Shown here piece by piece: positions 56,569 to 64,000 of a DNA stretch of 64,000 bases. The number at the start of each line of letters is the position of its first letter. Position 1 is the first letter of the stretch. A model generated the notes under the pieces. The model saw nothing but the letters and a program-made list of their open reading frames with translations. It was not told where the DNA came from and did not search any database. Where the stretch lies: positions 5,411 through 69,410 of the forward strand of contig CAJMHR010000003.1 of assembly GCA_905213265.1 (NCBI GenBank). The letters run 5' to 3'. Origin of the DNA: an uncultured Collinsella sp. Lineage in GTDB: Bacteria; Actinomycetota; Coriobacteriia; Coriobacteriales; Coriobacteriaceae. The translations under genes were made by a program, and so were the position numbers.

Positions 56569-57795
56569 AGTATGGGACGTTTTACCAATCCTCGCGATCT
56601 GTACTTTGGTGAGGGCGCTCGCCACGAGGTGAAGAACCTCAAGGGTAAGAAGGCCATCATCGTTTCTGGCGGCAGCTCTATGCGCCGCGGCGGGTTCCTG
56701 CAGGACGTTGAGGCCGACCTCAAAGAGGCCGGCATGGAGGTCAAGCTGTTCGAGGGCGTCGAGTCCGATCCCTCCATCGAGACCGTCATGAAGGGCGCAG
56801 CCGCTATGCGCGACTTCGAGCCCGACTGGATTGTTGCTATCGGCGGCGGTTCGCCCATCGATGCCGCTAAGGCCATGTGGGTCTTCTACGAGTATCCCGA
56901 GGAGTCCTTCGACAACATTATCCAGCCGTTCAGCTTCCCCGAGCTGCGTCAGAAGGCTCACTTCTGCGCCATTTCCTCTACCTCCGGCACTGCTACCGAG
57001 GTCACCGCATTCTCCGTCATCACGGATTACGAAAAGGGCATCAAGTACCCGCTGGCCGACTTCAACATCACCCCTGATGTCGCCATCGTCGACCCCGAGC
57101 TCACCTACACCATGCCCGCCAAGCTGTGCGCTCACACCGGCATGGATGCTCTGACCCACTGCATGGAGGCCTACGTTTCCACCTGCGCCTCTATGTTCAC
57201 CGACGCCAACGCTCTGCACGGCATCCGCGAGATCGTCGAGTGGCTGCCCAAGTCCTATGCTGGCGACCATGAGGCCCGTCAGCACATGCACGAGGCTCAG
57301 TGCATCGCCGGTATCGCCTTCTCCTCGGGCCTGCTCGGCATCGTTCACTCCATGGCTCACAAGACCGGTGCTGCCTTCGAGAACGGCCACATCATCCACG
57401 GTGCCGCTAACGCCATGTACCTGGGCAAGGTCATCCAGTGGAACTCCAAGGATCCCCGTGCTGCCGAGCGTTACGCTTACGTGGCCAAGGAGATCCTGCA
57501 CCTTCCCGGCGAGACCAACGAGGAGCTCATCGCTGCGCTCGTCCAGAAGATCCGCGACCTCAACGACCAGCTCAACATTCCGCAGTCCATCAAGGATTAC
57601 GCGAATGGTGGCGTGAAGGTCGACGCCGAGAACCCGCAGATGGTTTCCGAGGAGGAGTTCCTCGCCAAGCTGCCCGAGATTGCCGCGAACGCCGAGCAGG
57701 ACGCCTGCACGCCCGAGAACCCGCGTGAGACCAAGGCTGCCGACTTCGAGAAGATCCTCAAGGCCTGCTACTACGACACCGACATCGATTTCTAA
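56569..57795 (+). CDS. Iron-containing alcohol dehydrogenase
   Basis: GGGSPIDAAK and the His-rich metal site (HCMEAY...HSMAHK...HG). A GGAGG RBS precedes it. Confidence 0.8.
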   Translation, partial: SMGRFTNPRDLYFGEGARHEVKNLKGKKAIIVSGGSSMRRGGFLQDVEADLKEAGMEVKLFEGVESDPSIETVMKGAAAMRDFEPDWIVAIGGGSPIDAAKAMWVFYEYPEESFDNIIQPFSFPELRQKAHFCAISSTSGTATEVTAFSVITDYEKGIKYPLADFNITPDVAIVDPELTYTMPAKLCAHTGMDALTHCMEAYVSTCASMFTDANALHGIREIVEWLPKSYAGDHEARQHMHEAQCIAGIAFSSGLLGIVHSMAHKTGAAFENGHIIHGAANAMYLGKVIQWNSKDPRAAERYAYVAKEILHLPGETNEELIAALVQKIRDLNDQLNIPQSIKDYANGGVKVDAENPQMVSEEEFLAKLPEIAANAEQDACTPENPRETKAADFEKILKACYYDTDIDF

Positions 57796-57822
57796 TCGAC
57801 TCTTGTTATCGTAACGAGGGGC

Positions 57823-57862
57823 TCCGCACGTATCTGTACGGAGCCCCTTTCTTTTTTCTTTT
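57823..57862 (+). terminator. Rho-independent terminator
   Basis: GAGGGGCTCCGcacgtatctgtaCGGAGCCCCTTTTCTTTTTTCTTTT. Confidence 0.8.
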
Positions 57863-57878
57863 AGAGAATGGGATAGTT

Positions 57879-58979
57879 ATGGCTGCAATTTTCAATAGCC
57901 CCAGCAAGTACATCCAGGGTCCGGACGAGCTGGCCAAGCTCGGCTCCTATGTCGAGCCGCTCGGCGCTAAGGCCCTCGTCATCGTGACGCCTTCGGGCAA
58001 GAAGCGCGTCGGTGCCAAGATCGAGGGCGGCTTTGCCGAGGCTAAGGCCGAGCTGCTGTTTGAGGATTTTAACGGCGAGTGCTCCAAGGGCGAGGTCGAT
58101 CGCCTGGTTGCGCTCGCTCGCGACAACGGTTGCGATATCGTCGTCGGCGTCGGTGGCGGCAAGATCCTCGACACCGCGAAGGCCGTCGCCTACTACCTGG
58201 AGTCCCCGGTTATCATTTGCCCCACCATTGCTTCGACCGATGCCCCGTGTTCGGCGCTTTCGGTGCTTTATACCGATGACGGCCAGTTCGACAAGTACCT
58301 CTTCCTTAAGGCAAACCCCAATATTGTCCTTATGGATACGACGGTTATCGCGGCGAGCCCGGTGCGCCTGACGGTTTCCGGCATGGGCGATGCGCTCGCA
58401 ACCTATTTCGAGGCCCAGGCAACGCACGATGCCGACGGCGGCACCTGCGCTGGCGGCAAGGGCGGCATGGCCGGTCTGGCGCTTGCCAAGCTCTGCTACG
58501 AGACGCTTATGGCCGATGGCGTTAAGGCCAAGGTCGCGCTGGAGAAGGGTGCGCTCACGCCTGCCGTCGAGCATATCATCGAGGCAAACACGCTGCTCTC
58601 CGGCATCGGCTTTGAGAGCTCGGGCCTTGCTGCTGCTCATGCCATCCACAATGGCCTGACGATGCTGCCCGAGTGCCACGGCATGTATCACGGCGAGAAG
58701 GTCGCCTTTGGCACTATCGTCCAGCTGGTACTCGAGGATGCTCCGACTGAGAAACTCGAGGAAGTCTTGGGCTTCTGCATTGAGCTGGGCCTGCCGGTCA
58801 CGATGAAGGAACTTGGCGTTGCCGAGCTTACGCGCGAGCAGGCCATGATTGTTGCCGAGGCCGCCTGCGCACCCGATGACACCATGTGCAACATGCCGTT
58901 TGAGGTGACGCCCGAGATGGTTGCAAACGCCATTCTGGGTGCCGACGCACTGGGTCACTACTATCTCATGGATGAGTAA
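57879..58979 (+). CDS. gldA: Glycerol dehydrogenase (GldA family)
   Basis: GGGKILDTAKA, PTIASTDAP, GMGDALATYFEA motifs of the Fe-ADH/GldA family. 366 aa. Confidence 0.75.
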   Translation: MAAIFNSPSKYIQGPDELAKLGSYVEPLGAKALVIVTPSGKKRVGAKIEGGFAEAKAELLFEDFNGECSKGEVDRLVALARDNGCDIVVGVGGGKILDTAKAVAYYLESPVIICPTIASTDAPCSALSVLYTDDGQFDKYLFLKANPNIVLMDTTVIAASPVRLTVSGMGDALATYFEAQATHDADGGTCAGGKGGMAGLALAKLCYETLMADGVKAKVALEKGALTPAVEHIIEANTLLSGIGFESSGLAAAHAIHNGLTMLPECHGMYHGEKVAFGTIVQLVLEDAPTEKLEEVLGFCIELGLPVTMKELGVAELTREQAMIVAEAACAPDDTMCNMPFEVTPEMVANAILGADALGHYYLMDE

Positions 58980-58992
58980 ATCAAGCTAAGGA

Positions 58993-59027
58993 AGGGGCAA
59001 AGCCAACAGATGGCTTTGCCCCTTTTT
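58993..59027 (+). terminator. Rho-independent terminator
   Basis: AGGGGCAAAGCCaacagatGGCTTTGCCCCTTTTTGC. Confidence 0.8.
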
Positions 59028-59092
59028 GCTATGGTGCAAAGGGGTCAGGTTACTTTGCACCAATCGTTGTTTGATGAAGGGCGGATTCTCGT

Positions 59093-60160
59093 ATGGCGCT
59101 TCCTGTGGTTTACGGCGGTCCCGGCCGGTATGTTCAGGGGCCGGGCGAACTGTCGCGTCAAGGCAAGTATTTGTCATGGTTGGGCTGCGCTGCCTATGTC
59201 TTGTTTGACCAGGGCACCGAGGATCGGCTGTGCAGACAGATCGTCGATGGATTTCTGGACGACGATCTAAGCGAGCCGTTCTTTAAGATTTATGACGGTC
59301 CGTGTACGGAAGAGGCCGTTTTCGAAATGGCTAAGGAAGCCCAGGCCGAGTATTGCGACATGGTAGTGGGTATTGGCGGCGGCAAAATGCTCGATATCGC
59401 CAAGGCCGTTGCGTTTTATACCGAGTTGCCGTTGTGCGTATGCCCCACGGCGGCTTCGATGGACGGTCCGTGCAGCGCGATTTCGGTGCTGTATCACGAG
59501 GATGGGTCGTTCGACCGCTATCTGATGCTCGAGAAGAATCCAGACCTGGTCGTGGTCGATACCAACGTGGTCGCGTCAGCCCCGCTGCGCATGACGGTCG
59601 CTGGTATGGGCGATGCGCTGGCAACGTACTTCGAGGCGCGTTCGTGCGCCGCGGCGCACGGCGCCAACGAGCACGGTGGCGCACCGGGACACTTGGCCTT
59701 GGTTGCGGCTCGTGCCTGCTATGACACGCTTATGGAGTGCGGCGTCGCTGCCAAGCGCGATCTCAAAAAGGGCCGTATATCGCCGGCGGTTGAGCGCCTG
59801 ATCGAGTGCAATATTCTGCTCTCGGGCGTCGGCTTTGAGAGCGGCGGCTTGGCGTTGGCGCATGCTATCGCCAACGGCCTGACGATTCTGCCCGAGTGCA
59901 AGGCCATGCATGGTGAGGCCGTGGCATTTGGCCTGGTGGTGCAGCTGCGCCTGGAGCGTGCGCCCGAGCTTGATCAGGTGCTCGAGTTTTGCCAGCGCGT
60001 TGGTCTGCCGACGACGCTCGAGGAGCTGGGTCTTGGCGAGATTTCCGATGCCGATCTGCAGGGTGTTGCAAATGCGGTCTTTAGAAACGAGCGCAATATG
60101 GCTAACGAACAGGCCAAGGTGACCAAACAAAAACTCGTGCAGCTCATGTGCGAGGCATAG
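59093..60160 (+). CDS. Glycerol dehydrogenase paralog (GldA family)
   Basis: GGGKMLDIAKA, PTAASMDGP, GMGDALATYFEA. 355 aa; about 45% identical to the upstream gldA by eye. Confidence 0.7.
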   Translation: MALPVVYGGPGRYVQGPGELSRQGKYLSWLGCAAYVLFDQGTEDRLCRQIVDGFLDDDLSEPFFKIYDGPCTEEAVFEMAKEAQAEYCDMVVGIGGGKMLDIAKAVAFYTELPLCVCPTAASMDGPCSAISVLYHEDGSFDRYLMLEKNPDLVVVDTNVVASAPLRMTVAGMGDALATYFEARSCAAAHGANEHGGAPGHLALVAARACYDTLMECGVAAKRDLKKGRISPAVERLIECNILLSGVGFESGGLALAHAIANGLTILPECKAMHGEAVAFGLVVQLRLERAPELDQVLEFCQRVGLPTTLEELGLGEISDADLQGVANAVFRNERNMANEQAKVTKQKLVQLMCEA

Positions 60161-60311
60161 TTTGGCGCTTGATTGACCTTGTGCAATCGAGACGGCGATA
60201 GGCCATGGGCTATTTGCTGCAAAGATGCTCCGCGTGTAATTTGCCCGAGGCGTGGGCCGATAGCGTATCATTATCTCTTGCTTGTTTGCACTGCTCAGGG
60301 AGGGGCCGCGC

Positions 60312-61565
60312 ATGGCGCAGGAACACGATCTGTTTGATGACATTATCGAGATCAGCAAGGGTTTCGACTTTCTTAAAAACCCGCTTGGCGGTGTGACCGA
60401 TGCACTCGATCCGTCGGCGCCGCAGTGGAATCCTGCCGACTACAAGGAGCGTCCGCGCGGTAACACCATTCCGTGCCTGACCTGCAAAAACGAAAAGAGC
60501 GGCTGCACCGCGTGCATGGACGTGTGCCCGGTCAACGCTATCGAGGTCGAGGAAGACGCCATCGAGATCCTCGACTCCTGTCGCAAGTGCGGCCTGTGCG
60601 CCGCTGCCTGTCCGACCGAGGCAATCATCTCGCCGCGCTTGGCGCCCAAAAACGTCTACGACGACATTGTCTCGGCGGCTACGAGCCACGAGACCGCCTA
60701 CGTCACCTGCACGCGTGCCCTTAAGCGCATGCCGCGCGAGAACGAAGTCGTCGTTGCCTGCGTGGGCGATATTACGGCCGAGACCTGGTTCTCGGTACTG
60801 GCAGACTATCCCAACGTGAGTGTGTACCTGCCGTTGGGCGTGTGCGATAAATGCCGCAACACCGGCGGTGAGGACATTCTGGGCGAGGCGATTGCGAAGG
60901 CCGAGGAGTGGTCCGGCACGGGTATGGGCTTGGAGGTCGACTCCAAGAGCCTCAAATGCCATAAGCGCCGCGAGTACGAGCGCAAGGAGTACATGGAAAA
61001 GATCGCCCGCACCACGGGCCTGACGGTGACCAAGCTCAATCCGGCGACGGCGGCGCTGGCCTCGGTGACGCAAAAGCTCAAGGCCCATCGCCATCAGATT
61101 ACCCAGCTGGAGCGCACGCTCAACACCATGTGCGGCACCACGACGACCAAGCGTCGCCGTTCGCTCACGCACGGGCGGCAGCTGGTGCTCTCGACGCTGC
61201 AAAACCACCCCGAGCTTGCCCAGAACATGCAGGTGAGCACGCCGGAGTGCGATTTTGACAAGTGCACGTCGTGCGGCGAGTGCGTCAATGTATGCCCCAC
61301 GTTCGCCTGCGATTTGGTGGGAAGCGGTCGCTTTGCACTGGAGTCCACGTATTGCCTAGGTTGCGGAGCTTGCGTCAAGGTGTGTCCCGAGCATGCGCTT
61401 AAGTTGGTTGAGCATGATGCATCCAACCTGGTGGTCGTCGATCCCGAGGCCGAGGAAAAGGCCGCCCAGAAGGCGAAGGCTCATGAAGAAGCTGAGAAGG
61501 TCAAGGCCGAAGCAAAGGCCAAGCTCGACAAGATGCTCGATCAGGTGGAGAAGCTCGCAGACTAG
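60312..61565 (+). CDS. 4Fe-4S multi-cluster ferredoxin-domain protein with a C-terminal coiled coil
   Basis: Four CxxCxxC...CP motifs. GGAGGGG RBS. Confidence 0.6.
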   Translation: MAQEHDLFDDIIEISKGFDFLKNPLGGVTDALDPSAPQWNPADYKERPRGNTIPCLTCKNEKSGCTACMDVCPVNAIEVEEDAIEILDSCRKCGLCAAACPTEAIISPRLAPKNVYDDIVSAATSHETAYVTCTRALKRMPRENEVVVACVGDITAETWFSVLADYPNVSVYLPLGVCDKCRNTGGEDILGEAIAKAEEWSGTGMGLEVDSKSLKCHKRREYERKEYMEKIARTTGLTVTKLNPATAALASVTQKLKAHRHQITQLERTLNTMCGTTTTKRRRSLTHGRQLVLSTLQNHPELAQNMQVSTPECDFDKCTSCGECVNVCPTFACDLVGSGRFALESTYCLGCGACVKVCPEHALKLVEHDASNLVVVDPEAEEKAAQKAKAHEEAEKVKAEAKAKLDKMLDQVEKLAD

Positions 61566-61579
61566 CTAAAAGAACGTAA

Positions 61580-61690
61580 ATGATGGCCGGTGGGACAGGT
61601 ACTGCCCCACCGGCCAAAAAAGTTGCGGTGGAATAGTTCCTGTTTTGCCCTTAAGCTGGCCATTCTAGGAACTATTCCACCGCAACTAAT
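61580..61690. terminator. Bidirectional terminator region
   Basis: A 10-bp GC stem-loop plus A-run at 61582-61618 (GGCCGGTGGGacaggtactgCCCACCGGCCaaaaaag), and a perfect 21-bp inverted repeat at 61619-61686 (AGTTGCGGTGGAATAGTTCCT...AGGAACTATTCCACCGCAACT). Confidence 0.7.
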
Positions 61691-61696
61691 AAATGG

Positions 61697-62452
61697 TTAG
61701 TTCATGCTGCTTTGGTGGCCGGTTCGACCGGTACCGTTGCGCGTCACGGTTTCATGGAGCAAAAAGAACCCGGGGACCTGTTTTGTCTCGGTGTATTCCA
61801 TAAGGATGCCGTCGGCGTTGTAGGTCTGCCCGCGTATAACGGCGAGTGCGTTAAAGTCGTCGAGATCGAGCACGCGCGCATCTTCGGGCGTGGGGTGCTC
61901 AATCGTTACATCGCGTTTGCCCGTGGCAATCTTAATGCCAAGGTCTTCTTCGAGGTAACGATAAATCGAATCGTTGACAATCTCGGGTGTCAGTCCCGGT
62001 ACCTGTGAGCTTAGGTAATAGGAGTCGTCGGAGCACACGGCATGTCCGTCTGCATAACGAATGCGTTTGGCGCGTGTGAGCTCACAGCCTTCGGGAAACC
62101 CGGTAATCCCGGAGAGTGCCTTGCTACAGACGAGGAGCTCAAAGACGGTGGTGACAGTCTTGAGCTCAAAGCCTCGGCTGGTCGCGATTTCCTTAAAGGT
62201 CTCGAGTCCGCCGCCACCACGACTCTTCTCGTCACTGATGTTGCGAATGACGCGCATGCCTTTGCCTTGCTGGGGGAGCACGTAACCATCTGCCGCAAGC
62301 ATCGAGATGGCGCGACGGACCGTCATGCGTGAACAGTCAAACAGCTGCGTGAGCTCAGTCTCCGAAGGCAGATAACTCTGATAGGCGTATGTGCCGTCGT
62401 CAATCGACTGCTTCACGTTGTCATAAATAGTTTGGAAGATGGCTCGCGCCAT
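61697..62452 (-). CDS. GntR/HutC-family transcriptional regulator (HTH plus UTRA effector domain)
   Basis: N-terminal LPSETELTQLFDCSRMTVRRAISML is a GntR HTH. 251 aa. Confidence 0.75.
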   Translation of the reverse strand: MARAIFQTIYDNVKQSIDDGTYAYQSYLPSETELTQLFDCSRMTVRRAISMLAADGYVLPQQGKGMRVIRNISDEKSRGGGGLETFKEIATSRGFELKTVTTVFELLVCSKALSGITGFPEGCELTRAKRIRYADGHAVCSDDSYYLSSQVPGLTPEIVNDSIYRYLEEDLGIKIATGKRDVTIEHPTPEDARVLDLDDFNALAVIRGQTYNADGILMEYTETKQVPGFFLLHETVTRNGTGRTGHQSSMN

Positions 62453-62517
62453 GACGGTCTCCTAGAGCTGGGCGCGTGAACGACGGATGAGGGCCGCCCG
62501 CGCAGGTGTCAATCGAT

Positions 62518-63543
62518 TTACTTGCTGGGGTCGATTATATATTTGCCCATGGCACGCAGGGCCGGGTCTGACAGGATGGCGCCGAGTTCATCGAGGGAAG
62601 CTACCTTTGCGACCATCGAGGATACGTCGAGCCTGCCAGAGTCGATGAGCTCGAGCGCGCGACGCTGCGTATAAGGGTTGATGTAGGACGAGGTGAGCAC
62701 AAGCTCCTTCTGGAAGACCTCGAAGGGCTTGACGGTGATTGTCTCATCGGGCTTGGTGAGGCCGAACATCATGACCGTAGCCTTGTGGCCGGCGATCTGG
62801 ATGGCCTGCTCGATGGTGACGGGCTTGCCAACACACTCGATAACGACATCGACGTTGCCGACGCCCTCCTGCTTCAGGCGGGCCGGGACGTCCTCGTGGA
62901 TGGAGTCGATCGTCAGATCGGCGCCGAGCTTGAGTGCAACCTCGCGTTTGCCCTCGACAGGCTCGAGCAAGACGACTTTGGTGGCGCCGGCGTTTTTGGC
63001 AAGCTGCATCATGAGCAGGCCGATCATGCCGCCGCCGATAACGACAACTGTGCTGCCGGGCTTGATGCTGCACATATCGATGCCGTGCAGGCAGCAGGCG
63101 ACGGGCTCGGTCATAGCACCCTGCTCAAAGCTGGTGTGATCGCCCAACTTGTAGACTTGCTGCATATCGACGGAGCAGTACTCCGCAAAGCCGCCGTTAA
63201 CGGTGGTGCCGTAGCCGGTCATATGCTCGCAGTAGTGGTTGATTCCGTCACGGCAGGGTTCGCAGCAGCCGCAGGGATGGTTTGGGTCAATGCACACGCG
63301 ATCGCCCGGTTTAAAGTCGGTGACGTCGCTGCCTACGGCCTCGACAACGCCCGCAAACTCATGACCAAGGATCGTAGGCGGGGTAACGTCGGCTGCACCC
63401 TTGTCGCCTTCATAGATATGAACGTCGGTACCGCAGACGCCGCAAGCTTTGACGTTGATCAGAACGTCGCGCCTGCCCACGGCCGGCTTTGCCGATTCCT
63501 CGACTCTGAGGTCGTGCTTTCCATAGAAGACCGCGCTTTTCAT
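62518..63543 (-). CDS. Zn-dependent alcohol/polyol dehydrogenase (MDR family, sorbitol/threonine dehydrogenase-like)
   Basis: GVCGTDVH...GHEFAGVV catalytic zinc motif. A structural-zinc Cys cluster. GGGMIGL NAD motif. Confidence 0.8.
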   Translation of the reverse strand: MKSAVFYGKHDLRVEESAKPAVGRRDVLINVKACGVCGTDVHIYEGDKGAADVTPPTILGHEFAGVVEAVGSDVTDFKPGDRVCIDPNHPCGCCEPCRDGINHYCEHMTGYGTTVNGGFAEYCSVDMQQVYKLGDHTSFEQGAMTEPVACCLHGIDMCSIKPGSTVVVIGGGMIGLLMMQLAKNAGATKVVLLEPVEGKREVALKLGADLTIDSIHEDVPARLKQEGVGNVDVVIECVGKPVTIEQAIQIAGHKATVMMFGLTKPDETITVKPFEVFQKELVLTSSYINPYTQRRALELIDSGRLDVSSMVAKVASLDELGAILSDPALRAMGKYIIDPSK

Positions 63544-63900
63544 GGTGACTCCTTAACGTGGCGGTGAATGTTGTAATGAAGTATAGGTATGCAAACATCC
63601 TTATACAAGCCTATCTAGACAAGTCGATAAATATTTTGTTTTAGAAGTTTTAGACAAACAGGCAATAACAGGCAAAACCTTTGAAATAAACCGTTCACCG
63701 TCAAATATCGACCGCTGACCGAACATGGAAACCGTATTAACTTGTCTAGATAAGTGATATGATAAAAATAGAAGCGCAAGAAGTCAGGGAAGCGGGCCCA
63801 CCCGTCCTATTGCACGAGGTACACGCAAACGGCGCGTCTGCGGTCTCGAGTGAAGCCAAAACCGCAGCCGCTCCGAATGAAGAGAGGGGGATTCCCCGTC

Positions 63901-64000
63901 ATGATGCAAAAGATACAACGTTTCGGCGGTGCAATGTACACGCCTGCAATTCTTTTCGCATTTTCCGGAATCGTCGTCGGCCTGGGTACGTTGTTTACCA
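63901..64000 (+). CDS. Partial (5' end) membrane transporter, possibly a PTS EIIC component
   Basis: MMQKIQRFGGAMYTPAILFAFSGIVVGLGTLFT is hydrophobic. It follows a 360-bp AT-rich leader and is truncated by the window end. Confidence 0.3.
   Translation, partial: MMQKIQRFGGAMYTPAILFAFSGIVVGLGTLFT

Noticed and set aside
1-64000. CRISPR arrays or cas genes
   Set aside because: There are no short regularly spaced direct repeats anywhere in the window. The only Cas4-like protein is the phage recombination exonuclease partnered with ERF.

Overview
High-GC actinobacterial (Coriobacteriia-like) chromosome segment. A ~38 kb siphovirus-type prophage is inserted between a methionine/glutamine-metabolism region and a cell-wall/polyol-catabolism region.

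Left host block (1-13.2 kb), mostly on the minus strand:
- a large ATPase-type transcriptional regulator with a C-terminal SARP/BTAD-like domain;
- a YhbY/CRM RNA-binding protein;
- a SAM-dependent methyltransferase;
- a DUF711/UPF0210 protein;
- a split B12-dependent methionine synthase operon, in transcription order metF, a stand-alone MetH reactivation domain, then an 852-aa MetH lacking that domain. The metF stop and the reactivation-domain start overlap as TAATG;
- a divergent type III glutamine synthetase on the plus strand.

Prophage (about 13.58-51.57 kb):
- it sits at the 3' end of a tRNA-Glu(UUC) gene and is bounded by 23-bp direct repeats. A large serine recombinase and a cI/Cro-like switch with palindromic operators lie at the tRNA end;
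- it carries a full HK97-like module: P27-family TerS, TerL, portal, ClpP-like protease, major capsid, tail genes with a clear -1 frameshift in the G/GT tail-chaperone pair, tape measure, Dit and Tal;
- replication/recombination genes are ERF, a Cas4-like exonuclease, SSB, a DnaC-like loader, RusA, and HNH and ParB-like nucleases;
- the lysis cassette is holin, a C39-like peptidase, and an amidase with CW_7 repeats.

The standout feature is a complete diversity-generating retroelement (DGR) between the tail-fibre and lysis genes. It comprises a target gene whose C-terminal variable repeat differs from a downstream template repeat at 13 of 13 template-adenine positions, an Avd accessory gene, and a YMDD reverse transcriptase.

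Right host block (51.7-64 kb): a fused MurT-GatD lipid II amidation enzyme, two tandem paralogous hypotheticals, and a polyol/glycerol cluster with an Fe-ADH, two GldA paralogs, a poly-ferredoxin, a GntR regulator, a Zn-dependent alcohol dehydrogenase, and the start of a PTS EIIC-like transporter.

Several unusual non-coding structures are also flagged:
- a perfect 37-bp inverted repeat at 4.76-4.90 kb;
- an AT-rich element with 26-bp terminal inverted repeats at 13.27-13.48 kb;
- tRNA T-arm-like fragment repeats around the left prophage junction;
- a large bidirectional terminator at 61.6 kb.

All functional calls rest on motif-level recognition of the translated ORFs. No database searches were possible.
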